Of a DNA stretch of 64,000 nucleotides, positions 38,558 to 54,930 are shown piece by piece. This stretch comes from Macrostomum lignano (lineage: Eukaryota): positions 162,030 through 226,029 of the forward strand of contig NIVC01001880.1 of NCBI GenBank assembly GCA_002269645.1. The letters are read 5' to 3'. Below the pieces are notes generated by a model. The model made no database searches. It was not told the origin of the DNA and saw nothing but the letters and a program-made list of their open reading frames with translations. Made by a program: the position numbers and the translations under genes. Each line of letters starts with the position of its first letter. The stretch's first letter is position 1.

Positions 38558-38800
38558 TTAGGTCTCCGCTGGTCTGTGGGCGGCTCTCTCTCCCAGTCCG
38601 TCCGAGTGGCCGCAGGTCGGGCAGGTCTTTGAAGTTGCCGCGGCTCTCCCGCCAGCTTCCTGGCCGTCTGCCTCTTCCGGCATGAGCAGGAGCAGGTCTC
38701 TGAGCTGCACCAGCAGCAGCTTCATCTGGCTCAGCTCCTTCTGCAGCTCGGGGGCCGGCAGGTCCTCGGAGGCTGCCGCTGCTTCTCGGCTTTCCTGCAT
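38558..38800 (-). CDS. Short GC-rich ORF with a heptad leucine segment and a CxxC; orphan exon or small gene
   Basis: ELQKELSQMKLLLVQLRDLLLLM...KTCPTCG; codon style matches the neighbouring host exons; no family recognised. Confidence 0.4.
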   Translation of the reverse strand: MQESREAAAASEDLPAPELQKELSQMKLLLVQLRDLLLLMPEEADGQEAGGRAAATSKTCPTCGHSDGLGERAAHRPAET

Positions 38801-39599
38801 CCTCTGGGCTGCTCAGCTTTTCTGTTTGATCTCGAGAGAGCGAGCTGGAGGCCGAAACAGAATCAGCGAATCCTCCCCTTTTATCCCCCCTTTGTGGTCA
38901 GGGAGTGAAAAGGGGATCAGGCTAGTTGGGGAGAATTCTCCCTTCTCCCCACTCCCGCCTCCCCAGGGCCCATGCAGTTGATCCCAAGTTTTGCCTCCGA
39001 ACTCCCCAAATTCGATGCCCGCCTGCGTACAGCGCGGCGCTGCCGGCTCGCCTTCTTGCGGCCGATGATCCGAGAGAGGCGAGGCGGGGGAGGCGGAGCG
39101 GGATGGGCAGTGTTGCTGCTTTAACGCTTTTGCGTTGTGCATGGCGCATGGCGAACTGCATGCTGGCAATCGAATGCCAGGTTTTCGGTTTTCCAAGGCG
39201 GCTCCTTGCGCTCCTTGTTGCAGCAATAATTTGGTCGCTGAGATTTGCTTTCAGCCAGTCCTGACCCCTGGCAGAGAGGTTCCTCGCCCCTCCCCCCCAT
39301 ACAAAACCATCCCGTGTGAAAGAGTGAGTCATCACGCATCACCAGGGACGGTTCTACTGCAGTAATTCATTACTTTTATTTTCTGTAACACGCTTCTGGA
39401 CAAGTGCTTTCGGGGGGGGAGAGTCGTACGTGTAAGGTAAAAGTAAATCAGAGGAAAGGCAAAAAAATTTTCCACGCAGCATTGCTACGTTAATTAACAA
39501 ATTTTGATAAGTAGGAACCAACTTTGGAGCAATACAACATCCTGGTTCTGTTCATGGAAGCACTCAGATAAAGCCAACAAGGAAATGTCCAGGCACCTA

Positions 39600-40140
39600 C
39601 CTGATCCCTCTTACTGTTGCTGACTTGATCCCAGTCCCCTGTTGCTGACCTGATCCCAGTCCCCTGTTGCTGACTTGATCCCAGTCCCCTGTTGCTGACT
39701 TGATCCCAGTCCCCTGTTGCTGACTTGATCCCAGTCCCCTGTTGCTGACCTGATCCCAGTCCCCTGTTGCTGACCTGATCCCAGTCCCCTGTTGCTGACC
39801 TGATCCTAGTCCCCTGTTGCTGACCTGATCCCAGTCCCCTGTTGCTGACCTGATCCCAGTCCCCTGTTGCTGACTTGATCCCAGTCCCCTGTTGCTGACC
39901 TGATCCCAGTCCCCTGTTGCTGACCTGATCCCAGTCCCCTGTTGCTGACTTGATCCCAGTCCCCTGTTGCTGACCTGATCCTAGTCCCCTGTTGCTGACC
40001 TGATCCCAGTCCCCTGTTGCTGACCTGATCCCAGTCCCCTGTTGCTGACCTGATCCCAGTCCCCTGTTGCTGACCTGATCCCAGTCCCCTGTTGCTGACC
40101 TGATCCCAGTCCCCTGTTGCTGACCTGATCCCAGTCCCCT
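39600..40140. repeat. 25-bp tandem repeat (tgatcccagtcccctgttgctgacc)n
   Basis: About 21 units read directly. Confidence 0.95.
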
Positions 40141-40277
40141 ATCGCATAAATTTAGAATTCTAATATTTCACAGAGCTTTCATCAGCCCACTGTCTGCCTA
40201 ATGAAAAAAGCAAAACATTTGCACCAACTGCTCAAGTGCGATAGAATCTGCAGCATCTCAGTCTGCCAGTCTCCGCC

Positions 40278-44608
<4,331 letters not shown>

Positions 44609-45997
44609 CACCTGCGGAATTCAGAGCGAGCGTACGAAAAAAATATTTCTAAGAAATCAATTAAGAAGATGAAAGCCTACGGTGCCAGATATAGCTCCTT
44701 TGCAGCATCCAGCTAGCCTCATCAGTTAACCAGAGTCTTTTGCTTTTAGAAGCAGAAAGCAGCGAGCTTGCATTTGTCAACACAGAAGCTCCCTCACTGC
44801 CCCCCGCCTCACCTGCCCTCCTCTTTCAGACTGAAATCTCATTTTTCTAGTTGCTAGGGCGAGAGCCTGCAGTCAGTGTTTGCCCGTATGACTTTCTTTG
44901 CTTTGCACTGCTTCAATACTTTAAGTTTCTGACTTGAAAATAACAGCGCAGAAAAATGTCAGACACAAAAAATTCTCTCCCAGTTTCCAAATCAGAATTT
45001 GCCGCATTTTAATTAGAAGATCAGCTTTTCTTTTCACTTTCTGCTACACCTGGCTGCGCAGCTCTTGGAAAACCAACTTGCCGCTCCCTTCAAAGCAGAG
45101 AGGCAGCAGGCGATTCACTTTGCAAAGCTACTGTAGCTGATCCCCGTGACTTTCTGTCCCTGTTGCTTTTAGGTTTCCTGAACTGTGTGATTGCTATTTT
45201 GATTCTGAGTTAATGTCTGCGCTCACTACTTACATGAACTGCAGTGGGGCATTGTGAACTGGACGCCTTCCCCCACCAGCTCCTCACTAAGCAAGATGGG
45301 ACTTCTGTTAGCAACTAAACTCCCCCCTTAAATCCCAAGCGGCCCAAAAGCAATTTGCAAGTCTGCTGCAGCTGTTTAATGCCGAGAAAAAGTTGAGCAA
45401 TAACTGACTGTGTGAGCAGACATTTGATGCTCAGTAGCTTAATAGACTGAGTAGTGCATTGAGTGCTCAAGTCAACCCTGGCTGATGCTGATTCAATACT
45501 CGCAGCTGCTAATGATGCGGCCCTGTTTGAGCACCTCCTGAGCTCCAGGTGCATGACTACGGATTAATAATGCTTTTGAGGTGGTTTTGAGTGGGCTTTG
45601 CATCTAAAGCTGCGGGGATTAGTGAGACGAAGGCAGCCGATCGATAATCCTCTTTACCCCCCCCCCATAGCTGGGATTTAATCCCAAGCAGCTCAGTGTC
45701 GACCTTTGTGTTGGAGGGACAAGTAGATGGGGTTGAGAAGCTGGGGCTCTGAGTGAGCCGGCGTTGGGGACGGAGATCGATGGGGTATCGGCTGCTGCTC
45801 ATCCCGCTGAGATGGCCTGGCCAAGATGTCATTGTTGGCGGCTGCCCTGCTCAGCCCTGCTGCCCCCCCCCCGCTGTAATTTCAGTGGGGCTTCGGATTG
45901 CACCTGTGCGGCTCTGCTGCATCAGCCTGCCGCTGCCGTCTTCTGCTTGCTGAGGTGCCTTTTGTGCGCTGTGGCCTTTCTGATGGCTCCACAGCAT

Positions 45998-47070
45998 CCC
46001 TAGATTAGCAATCCATTCTATTCCTGCACCCATGATAGGCTAGATTAGCAATCCATTCTATTCCTGCACCCATGATAGGCTAGATTAGCAATCCATTCTA
46101 TTCCTGCACCCATGATAGGCTAGATTAGCAATCCATTCTATTCCTGCACCCATGATAGGCTAGATTAGCAATCCATTCTATTCCTGCACCCATGATAGGC
46201 TAGATTAGCAATCCATTCTCTTCCTGCACCCATGATAGGCTAGATTAGCAATCCATTCTATTCCTGCACCCATGATAGGCTAGATTAGCAATCCATTCTA
46301 TTCTTGCACCCATGATAGGCTAGATTAGCAATCCATTCTATTCCTGCACCCATGATAGGCTAGATTAGCAATCCATTCTATTCCTGCATCCATGATAGGC
46401 TAGATTAGCAATCCATTCTACTCCTGCATCTATGATAGGCTAGATTAGCAATCCATTCTATTCCTGCATCCGTGATAGGCTAGATTAGCAATTCATTCTA
46501 TTCCTGCATCCATGATAGGCTAGATTAGCAATCCATTCTATTCCTGCACCCATGATAGGCTAGATTAGCATTCCATTCTATTCCTGCATCCATGATAGGC
46601 TAGATTAGCAATCCATTCTATTCATGCACCCATGATAGGCTAGATTAGCAATCCATTCTATTCCTGCATCCACGATAGGCTAGATTAGCAATCCATTCTA
46701 TTCCTGCACCCATGATAGGCTAGATTAGCAATCCATTCTATTCCTGCACCCATGATAGGCTAGATTAGCAATCCATTCTATTCCTGCATCCATGATAGGC
46801 TAGATTAGCAATCCATTCTATTCCTGCACCCATGATAGGCTAGATTAGCAATCCATTCTATTCCTGCATCCGTGATAGGCTAGATTAGCAATCCATTCTA
46901 TTCTTGCACCCATGATAGGCTAGATTAGCAATCCATTCTATCCCTGCTCCGTGATAGGCTAGATTAGCAATCCATTCTATTCCTGCACCCATGATAGGCT
47001 AGATTAGCAATCCATTCTATTCCTGCATCCGTGATAGGCTAGATTAGCAATCCATTCTATCCCTGCTCCC
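45998..47070. repeat. 40-bp tandem repeat (ctagattagcaatccattctattcctgcacccatgatagg)n
   Basis: About 27 units read directly. Confidence 0.97.
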
Positions 47071-47834
47071 CAGCCGTCGCCAGTCCTTCAACCCAGCTCG
47101 CATCCCCGCCGCCCCTCATTATCCCGCAGCTGCGACATCTCCCAGAGCCGACACCCCCGCCGCTCCCTCCAGTCTGTGCCGCCTCTCAACTCCGGCGCGG
47201 AGTCTCCGAGCCCCGCTAATGAAATCTCAGCCCGCGAGAGCCCAGTAGACCCCAGAGACGGGCGGGGCGACTCCGCATTGAGGGGGGGATAAGTGGCGCT
47301 GGCCCGGTCGTTAAACTAGTGGGCTGTTAGATCCCAGATCCCAGTCTCCCCGTCTCTCTCCTTCTAGTTCGCCAGTTCTACAACTTCCCACCCTGCCAAG
47401 AGCCTCAATGGGGATCTGGGAGGGAGCGGCAACAGGGGAAGGGGGATCGGGCTGTGCCGGCCCTAACTCGATTCTCCCAAATCCACTTCTCGCTGCTGCA
47501 AAGGGCCGCTCGGCCGGCAAATGAGGGGCCGGCGGAGGCTGCCTCATCTGTGAGTTCCCGGCTGAGGATTCTGCTTTTGTGCAGCACAACGCGATTCCCA
47601 GGGTGCTTCTGAGCCCGAGCCTCGGCCGTTTCAGTTCGCTTCTCTCCCGAACTCTCCTAATATGGGTATGCTGTCTGGTTTACTCATTGCTGCTTTCAAC
47701 ATCTCCAGCTTCCATCTCAATTTGCACTCTCGTTGTCTGAAACTTTTTTTGTTACTTTCTTTATCATCTGCTGCTGTCTGTTCACCCGCTTGCCCTCTGA
47801 CACTGATCTTCTCTTTGTTTCTGGCTCTCTGCAT

Positions 47835-48205
47835 TCATCTCCCTCCCTCTCCCTCTCCCTCTCCCTCTCCCTCACCCTCTCCCTCTCCCTCACCCTCTCC
47901 CTCTCCCTCTCCCTCTCCCTCTCTCTCGCCCTCTCCCTCTCCCTCTCCCTCTCCCTCTCGCTCTCCCTCTCCCTCTCCCTCTCTCTCACCCTCTCCCTCT
48001 CGCTCTCCCTCTCCCTCTCCCTCTCCCTCACCCTCTCCCTCACCCTCTCCCTCTCCCTCTCCCTCTCCCTCTCCCTCACCCTCTCCCTCTCCCTCTCGCT
48101 CTCCCTCTCCCTCTCCCTCTCCCTCACCCTCTCCCTCTCGCTCTCCCTCTCCCTCTCCCTCTCTCCCTCTCTCTCTCCCTCTCCCTCTCTCCCTCTCTCT
48201 CTCCC
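47835..48205. repeat. (CTCTCC)n hexanucleotide microsatellite
   Basis: Read directly. Confidence 0.95.
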
Positions 48206-48831
48206 CTCTTCTCTTTCTTTCTTTTTCCTCCCTCATTCCTCTCTCCCTTTATCCTTTTCTATATCTCCTCCTTCTCTCACTCCTCTACCCTCATCTTCAT
48301 CTCTTTCCTCCATCTCTATCCCATCTCACCTCACTCTCCACTTTATTCATCTTCCTCACCAAGATCCAATTACCAAAACAGCTGATTGAGCTCGGATTTC
48401 ACACCGGAAATTCTTGCAAAGTGCACTCAGTGGCGGGGGCGGGGCGGAGCGCACCACCGGACTGCACTTTGCGACCCAGCCGCTGTGAAGGCCTGCCGCA
48501 CTCGGCAGACACGGAAACGGGCAGCACTGACTGGCTATCTGGCTGGCAGCGAGCCGTGCAGAGCTGAGATTCGGAGAAAGCTGAGCGCCAACCCCAGGCT
48601 GCGTGCAGATTGCAGGCGGCCGCCCCGCCCTCTGCCGCTGCACCCGCCAGTCTGTATTTTTAGACCTGATCGCACCGAGTCCGCCACTTCTAGTGACTCA
48701 TTCTGCCACTTTTTCCTGACCTGACTTCACAGTCTAGCCTTGCCGAACGTATAAATTCGTAGTGATGAAGCCGATTTGCTACTAGAAGCAGACGGGCAGC
48801 AGAATAAAAAAGCAGATCCCCACTCGCAGTG

Positions 48832-49917
48832 ATGCCCGCCGAGGAGGAGCGCAGAAAGAGGCGCGGAATTTCCTGGCGCCGGCTGTTGAAGTCTCTGATT
48901 TCCTGTAAAACAAGCCGACCTGAGCGGCTCGCTGATGAGGCAGCCCAGCCTCCGCAGCCGCCGATTCCCTTCCCCAGCTTCTCCGTCCGCGGGCTCGAAT
49001 TCCGCCTGCTCGGACCGCTCGGCAGCGGCGCCTACGGCGACGTCTTCCTGGCCCACTGCCCGGAGCGGCCGCCGCCCCCGCTGCCCCGCCTGCTGGCGCT
49101 GAAGCTGCACACCCGCGCCCGCCCGCCCGCCTGCCCGCCGCCCGACTTCGCCGCCTCGCAGCGACTCGCCCGAGCTCTGGCCGGGCCGCCGCACCCGCTG
49201 ATTGTCGGCCTGCTTGGTCACGTGACCACCCGCGGCTCTGACCGGCTCACCCTCATGGAGTTCTGCCACCGCGGCGACCTCCAGCGAGCCGCCGGCCGGT
49301 GCGGGGAGGCCGAGGCCGCCTTCGTCAGCCTGGAGGTGGCGGAGGCGCTCGGCCACCTGCACGAGCGCGGCGTCTGCCACCTGGACGTCCGGCCGTGCAA
49401 CGTGCTGCTCAGCGGGCCCGGCCACTGCCGACTGGCCGACTTCAGTCTGGCCCAGTTTCGGCCGCCCGGCTGCCAGCTGGAGCTCCGAGCTCGGTTCGCC
49501 TGCCGGGCCGACTGCGGCAGCGACTGGCTGCCACCGGAGATCCGGCGGGACGGCAGGCCGAGCCCGGCGGGCGGCTTCACCGACTGGTTCGGCCTCGGCG
49601 CGCTGGCCGCCAGCCTCCTCGCCGCCGACCACTCGAAGGACGTCGAGTCGCCGGATTTCCGACATTTCGTGTCCCGACTGCGGTGCCCACAGCCCGGCCA
49701 CCGGCTAGGCAGTCAGGGCGGCGTGGCCGAGGTGCTGAGCCACGGCTTTGTGACCGGCCGGGCCGCCCGGCTGCTGGAGATCCCGCTGCTGCCCGCGGCC
49801 GAGGCGGACGGCGGCGGAGTGGCCGGCCTGCGGGACCTGCTGAGGCGGCAGCGGCTGCGGCCGCCCGACCGGCTGCTGCGGCTGGTGCCCGAGCTGGCAA
49901 CTGCGGGAGCTGAGTGA
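48832..49917 (+). CDS. Intronless atypical Ser/Thr protein kinase (AGC-like fold, several canonical motifs altered)
   Basis: GSGAYGDV glycine loop, LLALK, HPLIVGL, LMEFCHRGDL, HLDVRPCN, LADFS, WLPPE, DWFGLG, RLGSQGGVAEVLSHGF. ATG at 48832. Confidence 0.85.
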   Translation: MPAEEERRKRRGISWRRLLKSLISCKTSRPERLADEAAQPPQPPIPFPSFSVRGLEFRLLGPLGSGAYGDVFLAHCPERPPPPLPRLLALKLHTRARPPACPPPDFAASQRLARALAGPPHPLIVGLLGHVTTRGSDRLTLMEFCHRGDLQRAAGRCGEAEAAFVSLEVAEALGHLHERGVCHLDVRPCNVLLSGPGHCRLADFSLAQFRPPGCQLELRARFACRADCGSDWLPPEIRRDGRPSPAGGFTDWFGLGALAASLLAADHSKDVESPDFRHFVSRLRCPQPGHRLGSQGGVAEVLSHGFVTGRAARLLEIPLLPAAEADGGGVAGLRDLLRRQRLRPPDRLLRLVPELATAGAE

Positions 49918-50410
49918 CTGAGCCTTAGGTTGCTGAGTGACTGAGCCTTAGGTTGCTGAGTGCCTGAGCCTTAGGTTGCTGAGTGACTGAGCCTTAGGTT
50001 GCTGAGTGACTGAGCCTTAGGTTGCTGAGTGACTGAGCCTTAGGTTGCTGAGTGACTGAGCCTTAGGTTGCTGAGTGACTGAGCCTTAGGTTGCTGAGTG
50101 ACTGAGCCTTAGGTTGCTGAGTGACTGAGCCTTAGGTTGCTGAGTGACTGAGCCTTAGGTTGCTGAGTGACTGAGCCTTAGGTTGCTGAGTGACTGAGCC
50201 TTAGGTTGCTGAGTGACTGAGCCTTAGGTTGCTGAGTGACTGAGCCTTAGGTTGCTGAGTGACTGAGCCTTAGGTTGCTGAGTGACTGAGCCTTAGGTTG
50301 CTGAGTGACTGAGCCTTAGGTTGCTGAGTGACTGAGCCTTAGGTTGCTGAGTGACTGAGCCTTAGGTTGCTGAGTGACTGAGCCTTAGGTTGCTGAGTGA
50401 CTGAGCCTTG
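49912..50410. repeat. 23-bp tandem repeat (gctgagtgactgagccttaggtt)n starting at the kinase stop codon
   Basis: About 21 near-identical units. Confidence 0.97.
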
Positions 50411-50911
50411 AGTCCTGAGGGACTGAGTGACTGAATGATTGATGCTGAGTGACTGAGTGACTGAGCTGGAGCATCATATTTTCAACTGGCTTATTTTAAG
50501 CAGCAAGCCTTCATGTACACAGCCACAGGTCATCTGTATATTCAGTGTAAATCCTGCTTGTATTCAATGAACTTTCAGATGCTTTCTTGGAAACAAATAA
50601 TTTTGTATTGCTGCTTCAAGAATATCTGCTGAAGAACCAATAAATTCAAATATGATTTACTTTGCCTCGGAGGCTACTAAATCCGCGGTTTTACTTTGGG
50701 TAAACATTTTTAAGCGACATTTCGCTAAACAGGAAACTCAGAAGTGATGAAGTTCACTGGCTGGGCGCATCAGTCAAATCGGGCACTCGATCCTGACAAA
50801 GCTGGGCGGGACGGCACGAAATTTTGGGCTTTGCCGCTAATCTTTTAAAAATTAATTGCCTCTGTTCACAGCTGCCTTCTGTTGGCCTTCTTTGTGCCTC
50901 CGTTTGAAGGA

Positions 50912-51995
50912 CACCCTGTCTCACCCTGTCTCACCCTGTCTCACCCTGTCTCACCCTGTCTCACCCTGTCTCACCCTGTCTCACCCTGTCTCACCCTGTC
51001 TCACCCTGTCTAACTCTGTCTCACCCTGTCTCACCCTGTCTCACCCTGTCTCACCCTGTCTCACCCTGTCTCACCCTGTCTCACCCTGTCTCACCCTGTC
51101 TCACCCTGTCTCACCCTGTCTCACCCTGTCTCACCCTGTCTCACCCTGTCTCACCCTGTCTCACCCTGTCTCACCCTGTCTCACCCTGTCTCACCCTGTC
51201 TCACCCTGTCTCACCCTGTCTCACCCTGTCTCACCCTGTCTCACTCTGTCTCACCCTGTCTCACCCTGTCTCACCCTGTCTCACCCTGTCTCACCCTGTC
51301 TCACCCTGTCTCACCCTGTCTCACCCTGTCTCACCCTGTCTCACCCTGTCTCACTCTGTCTCACTCTGTCTCACTTTGTCTCACTCTGTCTCACTCTGTC
51401 TCACTCTGTCTCACTCTGTCTCACTCTGTCTCACTCTGTCTCACTCTGTCTCACTCTGTCTCACTCTGTCTCACTCTGTCTCACTCTGTCTCACTCTGTC
51501 TCACTCTGTCTCACTCTGTCTCACTCTGTCTCACTCTGTCTCACTCTGTCTCACTCTGTCTCACTCTGTCTCACTCTGTCTCACTCTGTCTCACTCTGTC
51601 TCACTCTGTCTCACTCTGTCTCACTCTGTCTCACTCTGTCTCACTCTGGTTCACTCTGTCTCACCCTGTCTCACTCTGTCTCACTCTGTCTCACTCTGTC
51701 TCACTCTGTCTCACTCTGTCTCACCCTGTCTCACTCTGTCTCACTCTGTCTCACTCTGTCTCACTCTGTCTCACTTTGTCTCACTCTGTCTCACCCTGTC
51801 TCACTCTGTCTCACTCTGTCTCACTCTGTCTCACTCTGTCTCACTCTGGTTCACTCTGTCTCACCCTGTCTCACCCTGTCTCACTCTGTCTCACTCTGTC
51901 TCACTCTGTCTCACTCTGTCTCACTCTGTCTCACTCTGTCTCACTTTGTCTCACTCTGTCTCACCCTGTCTCACTCTGTCTCACTCTGTCTCACT
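50912..51995. repeat. 10-bp tandem repeat (tcaccctgtc)n changing to (tcactctgtc)n
   Basis: Read directly; the dominant variant switches near 51350. Confidence 0.97.
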
Positions 51996-52549
51996 CGTTC
52001 TCCCTCTACCGATTCCACCATCTGTCCCACCTCTCCAGTGACGAGTTATCAGTCAGTTTCAATCTGTATTTTGTTATTCTAATCTCTGCAGCCGCGTGAC
52101 GCCCTCAGTGCAGACCAGTTCACCCGCCGCCACTTCGGTCACCCCAAGCTGCCCGGGCATTGTCCAAACATTTCCTATCAGTTTTCATCTCATCTGCTGC
52201 CGCCGCTTATTCACCAGGCCGGAGCTGTCAAACCTCGCTTCGGAGTGACTGACAGAGCCAACCGCTGGCGGAGGCGGCCCACGCAGCGCGGCTGCCACCC
52301 GCAGCGCCAGTTAGCCGCTCTTCTTCTTCTAGAAGCGCAGAAATACAGCACAGCTGCGCAGCAAGGCACTTGGCGGAAGAACAACTGCGCAGAATTTGCA
52401 GGCGGTTTTGCCAGCAACTGCGAGCCGATGCTTTTGGGATTTGGGATCCTCTTGCATTTAATTTATATTTCATATTTTCATTTATGATTGTGGTTGATTC
52501 AAATAATTTTAAATTCTTGTGAAATCAACTCGAGATAGAGATGTGGAGA

Positions 52550-52982
52550 GCTGTATGGGGATCAGAGTTGGGATCTGTATGGGGATCAGAGTTGGTATCT
52601 GTATGGGAATCAGAGTTGGGATCTGTATGGGGATCAGAGTTGGGATCTGTATGGAGATTAGAGTTGGGATCTGTATGGGGATCAGAGTTGGGATCTGTAT
52701 GGGGATCAGAGTTGGGATCTGTATGGAGATCAGAGTTGGGATCTGTATGGGGATCAGAGTTGGGATCTGTATGGGGATCAGAGTTGGGATCTGTATGGGG
52801 ATCAGAGTTGGGATCTGTATGGGGATCAGAGTTGGGATCTGTATGGGGATCAGAGTTGGGATCTGTATGGGGATCAGAGTTGGGATCTGTATGGGGATCA
52901 GAGTTGGGATCTGTATGGGGATCAGAGTTGGGATCTGTATGGGGATCAGAGTTGGGATCTGTATGGGGATCAGATTTGGGAT
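52550..52982. repeat. 24-bp tandem repeat (atctgtatggggatcagagttggg)n
   Basis: About 18 units. Confidence 0.97.
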
Positions 52983-53577
52983 CGCTACAGTGGCTGCATA
53001 ATTATTTGAAGATTTTTGCAACAAAAATTGTCACAGAAATTCAAGTCAAAATGAAATCCCCTCTGATTGACAGCCCAAGTTGCCATTCATTCCCAATAAA
53101 CCGTCACGCGTCCCTGGATGACCCCGGGCACAGCGGCAGGACTCATCGGACCCCCCAGCTCGGAAGGAAGCTGGAAATGCTAAAATCCCATTTAGGGGAA
53201 AAAGATTCTCACGAATCGGCGAACTCTCCAATGCTGATGAGGCGGCGGCTTGCGTGAGCCCTCGGATCTCAGAGCAGCTCATCGTGAGCTCTTTATGATA
53301 TTTGGGCACCGACTGACTCGCGCTCTGAGAGCAGGGGGGCTCAGGAGGAAGGAAGTAACGGGAGGTAGAATGGGGAAAATTCGCCATATCCATATTTCTC
53401 GTCTCCATTTTTCAGCTCCCATACAGTTTCAGCCTTGGCCGCACGCGACTGACTCAGCGAGTGGGGATGCCGTCCGGCTGGGGATGTGGCGGGGCGACCA
53501 TGCGGGCAAACAAAAGAGACCTGCGCAGTCGCTGGGCACGGCGCCAAGGAGGCTCGGGACAAATGCCTGGAATAGCA

Positions 53578-53990
53578 ACTGCTGGAACTGCAGGCTGGGA
53601 CTGCAGGCTGGGACTGCAGGCAGGCTGGAACTGCAGGCTGGAACTGCAGGCTGGAACTGCAGGCTGGGACTGCAGGCTGGGACTGCAGGCAGGCTGGAAC
53701 TGCAGGCTGGAACTGCAGGCAGGCTGGAACTGCAGGCAGGCTGGAACTGCAGGCTGGAACTGCAGGCTGGAACTGCAGGCAGGGACTGCAGGCAGGCTGG
53801 AACTGCAGGCAGGCTGGAACTGCAGGCTGGAACTGCAGGCTGGGACTGCAGGCTGGAACTGCAGGCAGGCTGGAACTGCAGGCTGGAACTGCAGGCAGGC
53901 TGGAACTGCAGGCTGGAACTGCAGGCTGGAACTGCAGGCTGGAACTGCAGGCTGGGACTGCAGGCTGGAACTGCAGGCAGGCTGGAACTT
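53578..53990. repeat. 13/17-bp tandem repeat (ctgcaggctggaa, ctgcaggcaggctggaa)n
   Basis: Read directly. Confidence 0.93.
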
Positions 53991-54639
53991 GAATCAGAGC
54001 GAAGAAAAGATATATTCTACATCAAAACTGAAAAAAAGCTTAAAAACTTGTGCCAACCCAGCCTACAGCTCAGACTGCAAGTACTTTTTCTCAATTACTG
54101 AGAACTCATCCTCGGTTTAAAATGAGACCAAATTTATAAGCATCGTTTTAAACTGGAGTTGGCACTCCAGATTCTGCTTCTGGGCCTCCTTAGCGCAGAG
54201 CCGGGAAAAGCCTTCAGCTGAGCTGCCTGGCTAGGGAGATGGGAAGAGCAGCGAGGACAACAGGGGAGGGGGGACTCAGCACTGCCCCCAGGGCAACTCA
54301 GCATGGTAGGAAAGCGACATGGAGAGAGAGAGCTGCGGGGCGCAGGTGGGTGGAGCAGCGGCTCCCATTAGCGGCTTCCGCGCCGGTCCCCAGCATCCTC
54401 CAGCATCATTTTAATTCCCTTTTCAGAGGAGCTGGCAGACACTGCGTACCGGGCTTGCAGGCGGAGGCTGTGCGATGAGGCAGCGGTGCGCCATTGTTGT
54501 GGTTGTTGCCATCCGGGACAGGCTTGCTTGTGTTCCCTTGGATTCTAAAATTATAAATTCAAAATACCTTTCTCTCAGAAAACCCAAGTTCCAAATTCCA
54601 GGTCCTGAATCTCATTATTCCAGTACGAGAGTCCAGATC

Positions 54640-54930
54640 TCAACTCCCAAATCCCAACTCCCAAATCCCAACTCCCAAATCCCAACTCCCAACTCCCAAC
54701 TCCCAACTCCCAAATCCCAACTCCCAACTCCCAACTCCCAACTCCCAAATCCCAACTCCCAAATCCCAACCCCAAATCCCAACTTCCAAATCCCAACTCC
54801 AAATCTTAACTCCCAACTCCCAACTCCCAAATCCCAACTTCCAAATCCAACTCCAACTCCCAACTCCCAACTCCCAACTCCCAACTCCCAACTCCCAACT
54901 CCCAACTCCCAAATCCCAACTCTCAAATCT
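54640..54930. repeat. 7-bp tandem repeat (aactccc / aaatccc)n
   Basis: Read directly. Confidence 0.92.

Noticed and set aside
45300-45560. Coding-like stretch (KSQAAQKQFASLLQLFNAEKK...)
   Set aside because: Multiple in-frame stops and no recognisable family; cannot be supported as a gene.
47662-48567. Ser-Pro repeat, extensin-like 301-aa ORF
   Set aside because: A (CTCTCC)n microsatellite; the flanks are not protein-like.
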